Notes: a model not told the origin generated them from the letters alone. A stretch of 64,000 bases of DNA from Candidatus Peregrinibacteria bacterium (GCA_003153355.1 PLYH01000001.1:76294-140293); one strand, 5' to 3'. Counted from the stretch's first letter, positions 39,628-50,476 are shown. Program-made: numbers and translations.

Positions 39628-40110
39628 TTATTTCGTTAACAAAATATATGTAAGAACCACGCCGATGGCGAGGCCGACCAAAAAAACCAGAGGAATCTTT
39701 TTCTCTTCGCGCTCGTCGTGCGCACCCGCAAGTTCTGTCAGCAGATTTGAACTGATGACCACGTCTTCATCCGGATTGTCATTAACCACATCGGCGCAAT
39801 CACGGCTCGTGACGAGCTGCACAAATTTGCCGAACTTCACTTTCACCACATCTCCGGGTTCAGACTCAAACTGTTCTTTTTCCTGATTCTTCGCCACGCT
39901 GGCCAACACGGACTCAACTTCATCTTCAATCATGTTCGCGTCATCATTCATGGAGTGATTTTCAATCAATGGTTCAACCGAAGCCGAATCTTCCTGTTCA
40001 TCGTCGATGCGGTGAACATGGAACGCTTCATCCTGCTTTACCCTTTTAATGGTGATGTCTCGGACAGCGCCGGACCTTTTCGACGAAGCTTTCTTTTGGG
40101 AAATTGGCAT
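39628..40110 (-). CDS. Acidic hypothetical protein with C-terminal membrane anchor
   Basis: 160-aa ORF abutting pyrH; C-terminal IPLVFLVGLAIGVVLTYILL. Confidence 0.8.
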   Translation of the reverse strand: MPISQKKASSKRSGAVRDITIKRVKQDEAFHVHRIDDEQEDSASVEPLIENHSMNDDANMIEDEVESVLASVAKNQEKEQFESEPGDVVKVKFGKFVQLVTSRDCADVVNDNPDEDVVISSNLLTELAGAHDEREEKKIPLVFLVGLAIGVVLTYILLTK

Positions 40111-40176
40111 AGAAAATGTTCAAGGGCTAGCTGCCCTAAAATATATCACAAAAAGTTCGTGAACAAAATGGAAACA

Positions 40177-40203
40177 AAAAGGAGGCCATGAAGACCTCCT
40201 TTT
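40177..40203 (-). terminator. Terminator after groL
   Basis: AAAAGGAGG...CCTCCTTTT inverted repeat. Confidence 0.75.
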
Positions 40204-40229
40204 GAAATTTCTAAATTTTCGCGAGCTGA

Positions 40230-41921
<1,692 letters not shown>

Positions 41922-41965
41922 TTATACAACACTGTCGCATTTCCTTTTTAATAAGGCTGGCGCGG

Positions 41966-42271
41966 TTACTCTAAAATTGCCAAAATACGACCGGCATCGA
42001 TCACATAAAGTTCCTTGCCGTCGATCTTCACTTCCGTTGCTCCCCAGTCTTCAAGAAGGACAACATCCCCTACTTTTATATCCATCGGAATGCGTTTGCC
42101 GTTGGTGTCATACTTCCCTTCTCCGACAGCAACAACTTTACCTTTTTTAGGTTTCCCCTTAGAAACCGAGTCAGGAATAATAATCCCGGAAACAGAGGTC
42201 TCCATTTCACTCATGGGTTCAACCACGATACGATCCTCAAGCGGACGAAGTTTAGACTTTTTGTCTGACAT
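41966..42271 (-). CDS. groS: Co-chaperonin GroES
   Basis: LRPLEDRIVV, SGIIIPD, G.VVAVGEG, KVGD.V; start moved to MSDKKS. Confidence 0.96.
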   Translation of the reverse strand: MSDKKSKLRPLEDRIVVEPMSEMETSVSGIIIPDSVSKGKPKKGKVVAVGEGKYDTNGKRIPMDIKVGDVVLLEDWGATEVKIDGKELYVIDAGRILAILE

Positions 42272-42299
42272 ACTTTGATATTGGTTAAAGATATAAAAA

Positions 42300-42527
42300 T
42301 TATTTAATTTTAGATTCATACAACTTCCTTACATGCGTATTTATATATGTATTTAAACCATAACCACGAAGAGCTAAATTCTTCATATTCTCAATATGCA
42401 AAACACCTGCAGAATTATATGTATAAAGGTATTCTGCATGATCATGAAAAGCGACTTTCAGATGCTGCGGACCAATTTCAAAGGCCGAAACACCGGAATC
42501 TCCATTTAAATTAAGGTAACGTTGCAT
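42300..42527 (-). CDS. 75-aa KTSC-like small protein
   Basis: Y.NL.GDSGV.AFEIG...V.F...Y.YTY.SAG...IE.MK.LA..G.GLN.YIN pattern recalled from KTSC-related small proteins. Confidence 0.7.
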   Translation of the reverse strand: MQRYLNLNGDSGVSAFEIGPQHLKVAFHDHAEYLYTYNSAGVLHIENMKNLALRGYGLNTYINTHVRKLYESKIK

Positions 42528-42548
42528 AGTTAATAAAATATATTCTAA

Positions 42549-42575
42549 TTAGCACTCAATAAAAATGACTGCTAA
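42549..42575. promoter_or_regulatory. CIRCE element (HrcA operator) 1
   Basis: TTAGCACTC-N9-GAcTGCTAA, one mismatch to TTAGCACTC-N9-GAGTGCTAA, upstream of groESL. Confidence 0.92.
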
Positions 42576-42589
42576 TTACATGATACCGT

Positions 42590-42616
42590 TTAGCAGCCTC
42601 AAGGGTCAAGTGCTAA
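42590..42616. promoter_or_regulatory. CIRCE element 2 overlapping a putative minus-strand promoter
   Basis: TTAGCAgcC-N9-aAGTGCTAA (3 mismatches); overlaps TTGACC(42609-42604)-18nt-TATCAT(42585-42580). Confidence 0.75.
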
Positions 42617-42708
42617 TAAGGCTTCGTTTGTGATTTATCAATTAACAAAAAGGATTTGTTGTTAGATAATAAGCAAAAATATTGAATTACTAGCTCAGAA
42701 TAATCATC

Positions 42709-43092
42709 ATGCCATTAGAAATTGATAAAAATCGGAAACAAAAATGGTGGCTAAGCATGGGTTTATTAATTTTTGGTTTCATAGCCATATATGGAACGAT
42801 GTTTTGGACGATCCAAAACTCACAAAATACCTATTTAATTTTTAGTGGTGTTCTATCAGGAATACTATGTTGGATACTAGCGATAATAATATATTTAATT
42901 CCAACAAAAAAAGAAAAAGAAACAAAAAAATTATATGAAAAATTAATGCCAAAAAATATTGCAGGTTCTGGAATTCTCGCAATACTGGCTTCAATATGCT
43001 TATTTTGCTTATTCATTTTGACAGCAATAGGGCTATGGAGCGTTCACCCAATTCTAAGTATAGTATTTATTATTTTTTGTTTTCTTTCATAA
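42709..43092 (+). CDS. AT-rich hypothetical membrane protein
   Basis: 127 aa, about 4 TM; stop overlaps next ATG (TAATG). Confidence 0.65.
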   Translation: MPLEIDKNRKQKWWLSMGLLIFGFIAIYGTMFWTIQNSQNTYLIFSGVLSGILCWILAIIIYLIPTKKEKETKKLYEKLMPKNIAGSGILAILASICLFCLFILTAIGLWSVHPILSIVFIIFCFLS

Positions 43093-43454
43093 TGAAAAAA
43101 ACAGCAAACGTTGATGAATACATCTCAGGCTTTCCAAAGGAAACGCAAAAACTCTTAAAGCAAATGCGGGCAACTATCAAAAAAGCCGCTCCAAAAGCGG
43201 AAGAAAAAATAAGTTACGGGATGCCCGGATATGATTTGAACGGCATGCTCGTATGGTTTGGAGGTTACGGCAAGCATATCGGCTTTTATCCCAAACCTTC
43301 AGGAATCAAAAATTTTCAAAAGGAACTTTCTGTCTATAAACAGTCCAAAGGCGCTGTTCAGTTTCCATTAGACAAACCGCTGCCAACTGGACTGATAACC
43401 AAAATCGTAAAATTCAGAATGAAAGAAAATTCGCAAAAGACCAAAAAAAACTAA
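43092..43454 (+). CDS. DUF1801 / YdhG-like protein
   Basis: VDEYI, AAPKAEEKISYGMP, HIGFYP, SKGAVQFPLDKPLP; start moved to MKKTAN. Confidence 0.88.
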   Translation: MKKTANVDEYISGFPKETQKLLKQMRATIKKAAPKAEEKISYGMPGYDLNGMLVWFGGYGKHIGFYPKPSGIKNFQKELSVYKQSKGAVQFPLDKPLPTGLITKIVKFRMKENSQKTKKN

Positions 43455-44323
43455 TCCTTCTTCGTCGCCATCTGGATCGCCTTTTTGCCGGCCATCATCG
43501 CCAGCGCACCACCCGGTACAAAATTCGCGACCTCTTTGGCGAAATCGAACAGCTCGTCGTTCGTGAACGCGTGGCGCAGCTGATCACTGATTTTGCGGCC
43601 TTTGCGGATTTCACCGGTCACGCCGTCAAACTCCACGATGGATTTTTTGTTCTTGGCTTCCCAGAAAAATTCAAAGGTATAAATCGGATAAAAATAGAGA
43701 CTCAGCTCTTCGATCCCGATTTTTTCATCCAAAATTTCATCGGCCTTAATGGGTTTCACTAAACTGTTCAAAATCTTCCGCACCAAAAACGAAGCTTTAG
43801 TTTCCAGATTGACCACAGGGGTGCCGTCGGAAGTCAGTTCGTCCGTACTCTGCAAAATTTTCGTCGGAAACTGAAAATACTTTTTGAAGTCAGCTGGCTG
43901 ATCCGTCTGGGCATCAACCATGATCTCTTCTTTATAACTTTCACGGCAGTGTTCAACGCCTTCAATTTCGAAGGTATGGGATTTTGGATCGACCTTATAT
44001 TCTTTCTCCTGATACTCGACATCTTCAACCACGGTTTCCACCGGAACTTTATAACGGGCTCGGCGTTTATATTCAAACGCTGAAGTTCCCACAATGTGCC
44101 AGAACGCCTGATAACGCTTTTCTTCGTAACTGATGGCAATATCCTTTGACTGTGGCTGGAACAAAAAAGACTGGAGCATACCCATGGCCTTCACTTTATA
44201 CTCCTCGGCCTGGGCACGGACTTTTTCCCAACCGAGCGAATCCTGAATGAGCAGAAGTTTTTCGCCCTGGATTTGAATATTGCCGATACCGCCGCCGGAT
44301 TTTTTTGAATCTTTGTCAGCCAT
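43451..44323 (-). CDS. Hypothetical protein downstream of rny
   Basis: 290-aa ORF 11 nt after rny; LYFYPIY.FEF...EFDGVTG motif. Confidence 0.8.
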   Translation of the reverse strand: MADKDSKKSGGGIGNIQIQGEKLLLIQDSLGWEKVRAQAEEYKVKAMGMLQSFLFQPQSKDIAISYEEKRYQAFWHIVGTSAFEYKRRARYKVPVETVVEDVEYQEKEYKVDPKSHTFEIEGVEHCRESYKEEIMVDAQTDQPADFKKYFQFPTKILQSTDELTSDGTPVVNLETKASFLVRKILNSLVKPIKADEILDEKIGIEELSLYFYPIYTFEFFWEAKNKKSIVEFDGVTGEIRKGRKISDQLRHAFTNDELFDFAKEVANFVPGGALAMMAGKKAIQMATKKD

Positions 44324-44334
44324 AATGTTGAAAA

Positions 44335-45858
44335 TTAAACTGCAAAGGCTTCCTGGCGGGTCTCACGGATCACAGTAACTTTAATCTGGCCGGGATACTG
44401 AAGATCACGCTCAATCTTGCGGGAAATGTCGTGGCTCAATTTGATCGCGCCAAGATCATCAACTTCGGAAGAGACAAAAATTCTTACTTCAGCACCGGCC
44501 TGGATTGCATACGCTTTCACCACTCCATCAAACGAGGTTGCGGTATTTTCAAGTTCATCCAAACGCTTGATGAATGAATCCAGATTTTCGCGGTTCGCGC
44601 CCGGACGTGATTCGGAAATCGCGTTCGCGGCCTGAACGACCATTGATTCAAGCGTAGCGGTATTCGGATCGCCCATCTCGCCTTCAATCGCGCGGGTCAC
44701 GGAATCCGGAAGACCGAATTTCTTGGCGATGTCGCGGCCGATCACTGCAGGATTTCCCTGGATTTCATGATCAACGGCTTTACCGATATCATGAAGCAGA
44801 CCTGCTTTGCGGCAAATATTAATGTCAGCGCCAAGTTCAGACGCCAGATTTGCAGCCAGGAAAGAAACTTCCATGGAATGCTTCAAAACGTTCTGGCCGT
44901 AGCTGGTACGGAACTTAAGGCGGCCCAATAATTTAATAAGGTTCGGGTGAAGACCGGCGACACCTGTTTCATACGCTGCCTTTTCACCGAGTTCTTTAAT
45001 CATATTGTTCACTTCTTCTTTCGTCTTTTCTACGGCTTCCTCAATGCGGGCCGGATGAATGCGTCCGTCGGCGATCAATTTCTCAAGCGCCATCTTGGCA
45101 ATATAACGGCGGACGAGATCAAAACCGGAAATCACGATTGAACCCGGGGTATCGTCAACGATGACATCAATGCCCGTCGCTTCTTCAAAGGAGTTAATGT
45201 TTCTTCCTTCACGACCGATAATGCGGCCTTTGAGGTCATCACTTGGAAGGTTGATGACGGTAACCGTGGATTCCGTCGCGGTTTCAGCGGCGTACTTCTG
45301 GATCGCGTCAGCCAAAATAAATTTAGCTTTTTCTTTGGCGCGGTCCATGAGTTCCTTTTCCGAACGTTTAATATGTTCAACGATTTCGGCTTTGGAATCT
45401 TCCTCAACCTGTTTCAGCAAAATCGCTTTTGCTTCCTCGCGTGAAAGTTTCGCGACTTTTTCAAGTTCTATGGACTGCAGATCGTGAATCTTCTGAACCT
45501 CTTCACGCAGCTGTTTGACCGAAAGAACTTTGGCATCAAGATCTGTCTTCAGCTGATCTGAAGCCTGGATCTTTTTGTCGAGCGTTTCCTCTTTCTCCAC
45601 TAAACGTTCTTCCACTTTATCCAGTTGTCCGCGCTTTTTTTCTTCTTCCGATTTTACCTTTTCAAGTTCTTTGAGCGCGTCGTTTTTGGCCTCGTAAAGA
45701 ATTTCTTTGGCTTTGGCCTGAGCCTGCTGAAGCAGCTTATCTCCCTGGTCGACGGTATCTTTATTTTTGGCTTCAATCTGTTTTTTCTGATAAAAATATC
45801 CGCCAACCGCACCAAGGATGAGAGCTACCAGCGCAATAAGTAATGCACCGGCTGACAT
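44335..45858 (-). CDS. rny: Ribonuclease Y (TM, coiled coil, KH, HD)
   Basis: KGRIIGREGRNI, DGRIHPARIEE, RTSYGQNVLKHS, GLLHDIGKA, YPGQIKVTVIRE; start moved to MSAGAL. Confidence 0.95.
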   Translation of the reverse strand: MSAGALLIALVALILGAVGGYFYQKKQIEAKNKDTVDQGDKLLQQAQAKAKEILYEAKNDALKELEKVKSEEEKKRGQLDKVEERLVEKEETLDKKIQASDQLKTDLDAKVLSVKQLREEVQKIHDLQSIELEKVAKLSREEAKAILLKQVEEDSKAEIVEHIKRSEKELMDRAKEKAKFILADAIQKYAAETATESTVTVINLPSDDLKGRIIGREGRNINSFEEATGIDVIVDDTPGSIVISGFDLVRRYIAKMALEKLIADGRIHPARIEEAVEKTKEEVNNMIKELGEKAAYETGVAGLHPNLIKLLGRLKFRTSYGQNVLKHSMEVSFLAANLASELGADINICRKAGLLHDIGKAVDHEIQGNPAVIGRDIAKKFGLPDSVTRAIEGEMGDPNTATLESMVVQAANAISESRPGANRENLDSFIKRLDELENTATSFDGVVKAYAIQAGAEVRIFVSSEVDDLGAIKLSHDISRKIERDLQYPGQIKVTVIRETRQEAFAV

Positions 45859-45861
45859 ATC

Positions 45862-46062
45862 GTAAAAGTAAGGGAATAGGATCATCCCAAGAAGTTCATT
45901 CAAATTCCATGTTCAAAGAGTCCTGCTATTCTAGCAGTTTTAAACGCTCAAAACCTTGTTGGTATGCGCTTGGAGAAATCATTGGGAAACTATTCTGATC
46001 GGATTTCTGGTGACTCTGTGAAGGGGAAATTTTGTAAGAAATGACCTCTTGTGATTTTTACT
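45862..46062 (-). ncRNA. Candidate structured RNA (possibly 6S-like) in rny leader
   Basis: By-eye long-range pairings AGAGUC/GACUCU, UUCA/UGAA, GGUCAUUUC/GGGAUGAUC, GUAAAA/UUUUAC plus internal hairpins; upstream TTGACT-18-TATGCT. Confidence 0.4.
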
Positions 46063-46068
46063 ATCAAC

Positions 46069-46098
46069 AGCATAAAACACCGCACCCTGGCAAGTCAA
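46069..46098 (-). promoter_or_regulatory. Putative promoter for leader RNA and rny
   Basis: TTGACT(46098-46093)-18nt-TATGCT(46074-46069). Confidence 0.5.
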
Positions 46099-46273
46099 AC
46101 AGGGCATAAATGGTGTTGGCTTCTTTAGAGCCAAATCAGGATTTTGAAGTTCAAAAAGGCATTGACGTAAAAAGATAAATGTTTCAAAAACACCAGCTCT
46201 TCAATTTAAGAAAAATTTAAGAGCCGTTCATGTGCGGAGAGTAGGTTGAAGAAAAATCCTAACTCCAAAAATT

Positions 46274-48055
46274 ATGAAAAACAAAATTGTCATTCTCCAA
46301 ATTACCTTGCTGGCTTCTTTGTTTCTGAACGGCGTCGCACACGCCCAGCCTTCAACCGAAAACTCCGCGACTCCCGAAGTGTTGAGCGAACCCGGAGCAA
46401 AATTGCTCATCACCGAGGTAAATTTCAAAAACAAACAGAACGACTGGGTGGAACTGTATTATGAATCCCCTGCCCGCCAATCATTCAATATCAAAGGGTT
46501 TCAGTTCCAGGACGACAATGTTTTCAAAAAAATCGACGGAGATTATGTACTCAATTCCGGACAATATTATACGCTGACGTTCAAAAGCGCAGACGCCGAT
46601 AACGCGCAAACCCGCACCCTCGCAACGACCCGCAGCGGACTCACAGGCACCACGGAACAAATGATCATAAAAGATCCAGGTGGAAAAATTATCGACGCGG
46701 TCTGTTGGGCCAGCGCCACACCGACGAACGACGAAGTCAAAGACATGCAAAAACTTTTCCAGGCAGGCGGCTGGACATCCCCGGACCCGGCGAGCTGTTT
46801 TCCCAGTGCCAACGTAGGCACGAACCAAAGTATTGCCCGCAATAACTTCAACGACACGAATTCCGTGGACGACTGGAGTCTGGCTCAAAACACCACGGCG
46901 GGTGCTGCCAATAATACGGACACAGGAAGTTCAAACGATTCAAACAGTTCAACAGCAAACGCAAATGATAATTCAAGCAGCCAAAGCAGCGACTCCGGTG
47001 ACACAACCAACGACAATTCCATGACGCCGATTTTTCAGACCGGCCCAGCAGATAACACCACTTCAAACGACGCAAGTGACACCACAACCTCAACATCATC
47101 TTCTCCAAAATCCTCTTCAGCAAAAAAAGCTTCAAAATCTAAAAAGTCCTCGAGTGCCGCTCCAAAAACCGTCAAAAAATCTTCAACGAAAAACAAAAAA
47201 TACAAAACCGGCGATGTAAGTTCAGATATTATTATTTCAGAAATTCTTCCTCATCCATCAAAAGACCAGCGCAACAACGAATGGATCGAACTCACCAACA
47301 CCGGCGACACAACGGTAAATCTGGGCAACTGGCAGCTTGACGACAGCGATGGGGGCAGTAAACCCTACACCCTCCCCGACACGCTAAAAATTCAGCCGGG
47401 AAATGCCGTCATTATAGGTTCACACGATTCCAAACTTTCGCTTGGAGACAGCAAAGACCAGGTTAGACTCTTTGATCCCACGGGAAAACTGCTGCAAACC
47501 GTAGATTATGACGAAGCTCCCAAAGACCAATCCTATGCCTGGATTACGGTTGATAAAGAAGACGGTTCAATGGAACAGCAATGGCTCTGGGAAAATACCC
47601 CGACTCCCGGCGTACCGAACCCGCCCTATAAAGAAATGACCGGAACGATTGTCCAGGATCCCGAATTTGCCGACACCTACCATTTTATTTTGCAAACATC
47701 GGGCGGTGCACAGCATACTGTTCTCTTCAGCGAATCGCTCATTGCCGGACCTTTGGCCAAAGCAACATTCACCAAGGGCACGCAGATAAAAATCCTCGGC
47801 ATCTCACTGCCCTCAACCAACGCAACGGAAAATGAAACACAGCAAATCAGCACGGAACAGTTTGCCTCAAACTCTGAACAAGATCTGCCAAACGCTTTCC
47901 AACTCAAAAAATTTGAAGTCATTCAAGCCGCTTCGCCACCAAATCCGAATGCAGATCCGTCTTCACCCTGGATGTTCTTCGGCCTTCTGCCACCCGGAGG
48001 CGCAGGATTTTGGTACGGGGTAAAGAAAATAAGAAAAATTTATGGTAAAATATAA
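46274..48055 (+). CDS. Secreted protein with two lamin-tail (LTD) domains, Ser/Thr/Asn/Lys linker and C-terminal hydrophobic/basic anchor
   Basis: Signal peptide; LLITEV...DWVELY and IIISEI.P...EWIEL.N...VNLGNWQL...PTPG..N motifs. Confidence 0.85.
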   Translation: MKNKIVILQITLLASLFLNGVAHAQPSTENSATPEVLSEPGAKLLITEVNFKNKQNDWVELYYESPARQSFNIKGFQFQDDNVFKKIDGDYVLNSGQYYTLTFKSADADNAQTRTLATTRSGLTGTTEQMIIKDPGGKIIDAVCWASATPTNDEVKDMQKLFQAGGWTSPDPASCFPSANVGTNQSIARNNFNDTNSVDDWSLAQNTTAGAANNTDTGSSNDSNSSTANANDNSSSQSSDSGDTTNDNSMTPIFQTGPADNTTSNDASDTTTSTSSSPKSSSAKKASKSKKSSSAAPKTVKKSSTKNKKYKTGDVSSDIIISEILPHPSKDQRNNEWIELTNTGDTTVNLGNWQLDDSDGGSKPYTLPDTLKIQPGNAVIIGSHDSKLSLGDSKDQVRLFDPTGKLLQTVDYDEAPKDQSYAWITVDKEDGSMEQQWLWENTPTPGVPNPPYKEMTGTIVQDPEFADTYHFILQTSGGAQHTVLFSESLIAGPLAKATFTKGTQIKILGISLPSTNATENETQQISTEQFASNSEQDLPNAFQLKKFEVIQAASPPNPNADPSSPWMFFGLLPPGGAGFWYGVKKIRKIYGKI

Positions 48056-48073
48056 AGAGCTCAACAATGAAGT

Positions 48074-48817
48074 ATGCAATCACCTGGAATTATCATCGCA
48101 TTTTTGGCCGGAGTTCTTTCCGTGGCGTCACCGTGCATTCTTGCCGTCATGCCCTCTTTTGTCGGTTATATAACAGGCGTATCGCTTTCCAAAGGCTACA
48201 GAAATCTTGAAAAAAAAGAGGCGAAAAGAAAACTGTTCCTGAACACGCTCTTATTCGGCATTGGATTTTCTCTGGTCTTTCTTATACTCGGAGCAGTCAT
48301 TGGGGCACTCGGTGAAGCTTTGATTCTCAACCGTCCGATCTTCCAGGTTATCGGGGGCGCGCTCATGGTCATCTTTGGATTACAGCTTACCGGGTTGATC
48401 CAGCTGAACATGTTCATGAAAGAAAAAAAGTTCGAACTTAGTCCTAAACTCAAAAAAATCGAATACCTCCGTTCATTCATGGCCGGAATGGTTTTTGCTT
48501 TCGGCTGGGCGCCATGCTACGGACCGATTCTTGGAGCGATTTTTACATTGGCCGCAACGCAGGCCAATTTTGGACAAGCAATTCTCCTCTTCGCTTTTTA
48601 TTCTCTGGGATTTTTGCTTCCGCTCTTCATTTTTACTTTTTTCATCGCCTACGCATCGGAAAAATTGAAAAAATTCCAGAAAGCCGCTCGCTACTCTTCA
48701 GTGATCGCCGGATCGTTTGTCATGATCCTCGGATTCCTGTTAATGACGAATAATTTAAGCTCTCTGGTGAACTGGATAAATATGTCGTATAATGTGAATA
48801 ACATTTCACTCCTTTAA
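48074..48817 (+). CDS. ccdA: CcdA / DsbD transmembrane-domain protein
   Basis: AFLAG.LS..SPC and FAFGWAPC.GP.LG motifs, about 6 TM. Confidence 0.9.
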   Translation: MQSPGIIIAFLAGVLSVASPCILAVMPSFVGYITGVSLSKGYRNLEKKEAKRKLFLNTLLFGIGFSLVFLILGAVIGALGEALILNRPIFQVIGGALMVIFGLQLTGLIQLNMFMKEKKFELSPKLKKIEYLRSFMAGMVFAFGWAPCYGPILGAIFTLAATQANFGQAILLFAFYSLGFLLPLFIFTFFIAYASEKLKKFQKAARYSSVIAGSFVMILGFLLMTNNLSSLVNWINMSYNVNNISLL

Positions 48818-48825
48818 TCGCAGTT

Positions 48826-49626
48826 ATGAAAAACACAAACCCATGGATGCTCGCGACGATTTTCTTACTCGGTCTGATTATCGGCTTTCTTATTGGAAGA
48901 TTAACGCTCGGTTCAACGATCCTTCCTGCCAATCCGGCGATGGGAACAAACAACGTCATGAATCAGGGATCAACCGGCTCCACCGCGGGAACAATCGCTG
49001 ACAACTCCGGAACCGCAATAAACCCAACCGCGGCTCAGCAGCCAACGATGCAAACAAATCCGGTCAACGACTACACCAACATCGACAAATCAGTAGACAG
49101 CGACGGCCATTTTTCACTCGGCAACAAAAACGCCAAAGTAAAAATCGTTGAATTCGGAGATTTCCAGTGTCCGTTCTGCTACCGCTATTTCATGACAGCT
49201 TTCCCTCAAATCCTGACGGACTATGTTGCCACAGGAAAAGTTTATTACACTTTCCATAACTATCCGCTCAACATTCACCCTCAGGCTCCAAAAGCCGCTG
49301 AAGCGTCTCTTTGCGCAGCGGACCAAAATAAATACTGGGAATATCACGACCTGCTTTTTGCCAACCAGAACTTATGGTCAGGCAATGACAACGACGTTCA
49401 GGTCTTTGAAAATCTTGCCCAAAGTGCGGGAATGGACAGCGGCAAATTCAGCCAGTGTTTAAGCAGCGGCAAGTATACAGCAACCGTAAACGCGGACATT
49501 GCCAGCGGCGACAAAAAAGGCATTTCCGGAACACCGACCATTTTCATCGATGACCAAAAAGTCGTCGGCGCACAGGACTATTCCGTCTTCAAACAAACCA
49601 TCGATCAGGAACTGAACAAAAAATAA
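48826..49626 (+). CDS. Membrane-anchored DsbA-family thioredoxin-fold protein
   Basis: LGNKNAKVKIVEFGDFQCPFC, AAEA..CA..Q.KYWEYHD, GISGTPT. Confidence 0.92.
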   Translation: MKNTNPWMLATIFLLGLIIGFLIGRLTLGSTILPANPAMGTNNVMNQGSTGSTAGTIADNSGTAINPTAAQQPTMQTNPVNDYTNIDKSVDSDGHFSLGNKNAKVKIVEFGDFQCPFCYRYFMTAFPQILTDYVATGKVYYTFHNYPLNIHPQAPKAAEASLCAADQNKYWEYHDLLFANQNLWSGNDNDVQVFENLAQSAGMDSGKFSQCLSSGKYTATVNADIASGDKKGISGTPTIFIDDQKVVGAQDYSVFKQTIDQELNKK

Positions 49627-49645
49627 TATCGTCAGACTGAACAAC

Positions 49646-49676
49646 AAAACCCCGATCGAAATGGTCGGGGTTTTTT
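49646..49676. terminator. Bidirectional terminator
   Basis: AAAACCCCGATC-gaaat-GGTCGGGGTTTTTT. Confidence 0.8.
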
Positions 49677-49705
49677 AATTTCTGAAAAAACTCTGATGAG
49701 CTGAT

Positions 49706-50476
49706 CTACTTCATCAAACGGTAAAGAATTTCCGCAAACTGCGAGCGCTTTAAAAAGGCGTTGGCCGCCGCAGAGTCTGTAAGGTTCGGAACCTGAACCG
49801 GAGTCACCTCGGTATTCCAGGTGATCAAATTTTTACTGAGCGCCGTCCATATATAAGGAGTAAACCAGGCTTTTGGATCAAGATTCATACCCGGAACAGA
49901 AGAGCTTTGAAGAAGTTTTACGCGATATTCCGTCAAAAGAATTTTCAATGCCTCCGCAACGGTCACGCTGTCGCCCGGGTGGAACGTTTTATCCTTATAA
50001 CCCTGAACCAGCCCTTCGGCTTCGGCGTAACAAACATAGGTCGCAAACCATTCATCTTTTACATCCCTGAAACAGGTATGGTAAATAACCGCTGTCGGAG
50101 AAATTTTCTGCGCATCGAACAAAAGTTTTAAAAGTTCCCCGCGGCTGACAAAACTATCGGGTTTAAAAGTTCCGTCAGGATATCCGTTCAAAATATGATG
50201 GTCTTTTAAATATTTAATGGCCGCGGCGTTGGGATGATTGGAAGAAACGTCTTTAAAAATCATGGTAGCCGGTAAAGGTTCTGCTGTTATGGCCTTTCCG
50301 GGAAAAAGCCCCGTGGCCAAAGCGGAGTCATTCAAAATGGTACGCACCGATGGAAAAAATAAAAGGCCGATGATCAGGCCTACTGATGTTCCGACAAAGA
50401 CCGTACCGAAAGCCGCCACTCTATGTTGGAAGAATTTTGTGAAAAAAGATGCGGATTGTTTTTTATCTTGTGCCAT
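49706..50476 (-). CDS. S-layer homology domain protein with N-terminal TM
   Basis: FKDV...GYPDGTFKPD..VSRGE and FRDV..EWF...GY.DKTFHP SLH repeats. Confidence 0.9.
   Translation of the reverse strand: MAQDKKQSASFFTKFFQHRVAAFGTVFVGTSVGLIIGLLFFPSVRTILNDSALATGLFPGKAITAEPLPATMIFKDVSSNHPNAAAIKYLKDHHILNGYPDGTFKPDSFVSRGELLKLLFDAQKISPTAVIYHTCFRDVKDEWFATYVCYAEAEGLVQGYKDKTFHPGDSVTVAEALKILLTEYRVKLLQSSSVPGMNLDPKAWFTPYIWTALSKNLITWNTEVTPVQVPNLTDSAAANAFLKRSQFAEILYRLMK

Noticed and set aside
46076-46270. Several small hairpins upstream of the LTD gene as a possible riboswitch
   Set aside because: No recognisable aptamer consensus; hairpins are short and overlap putative divergent promoters.
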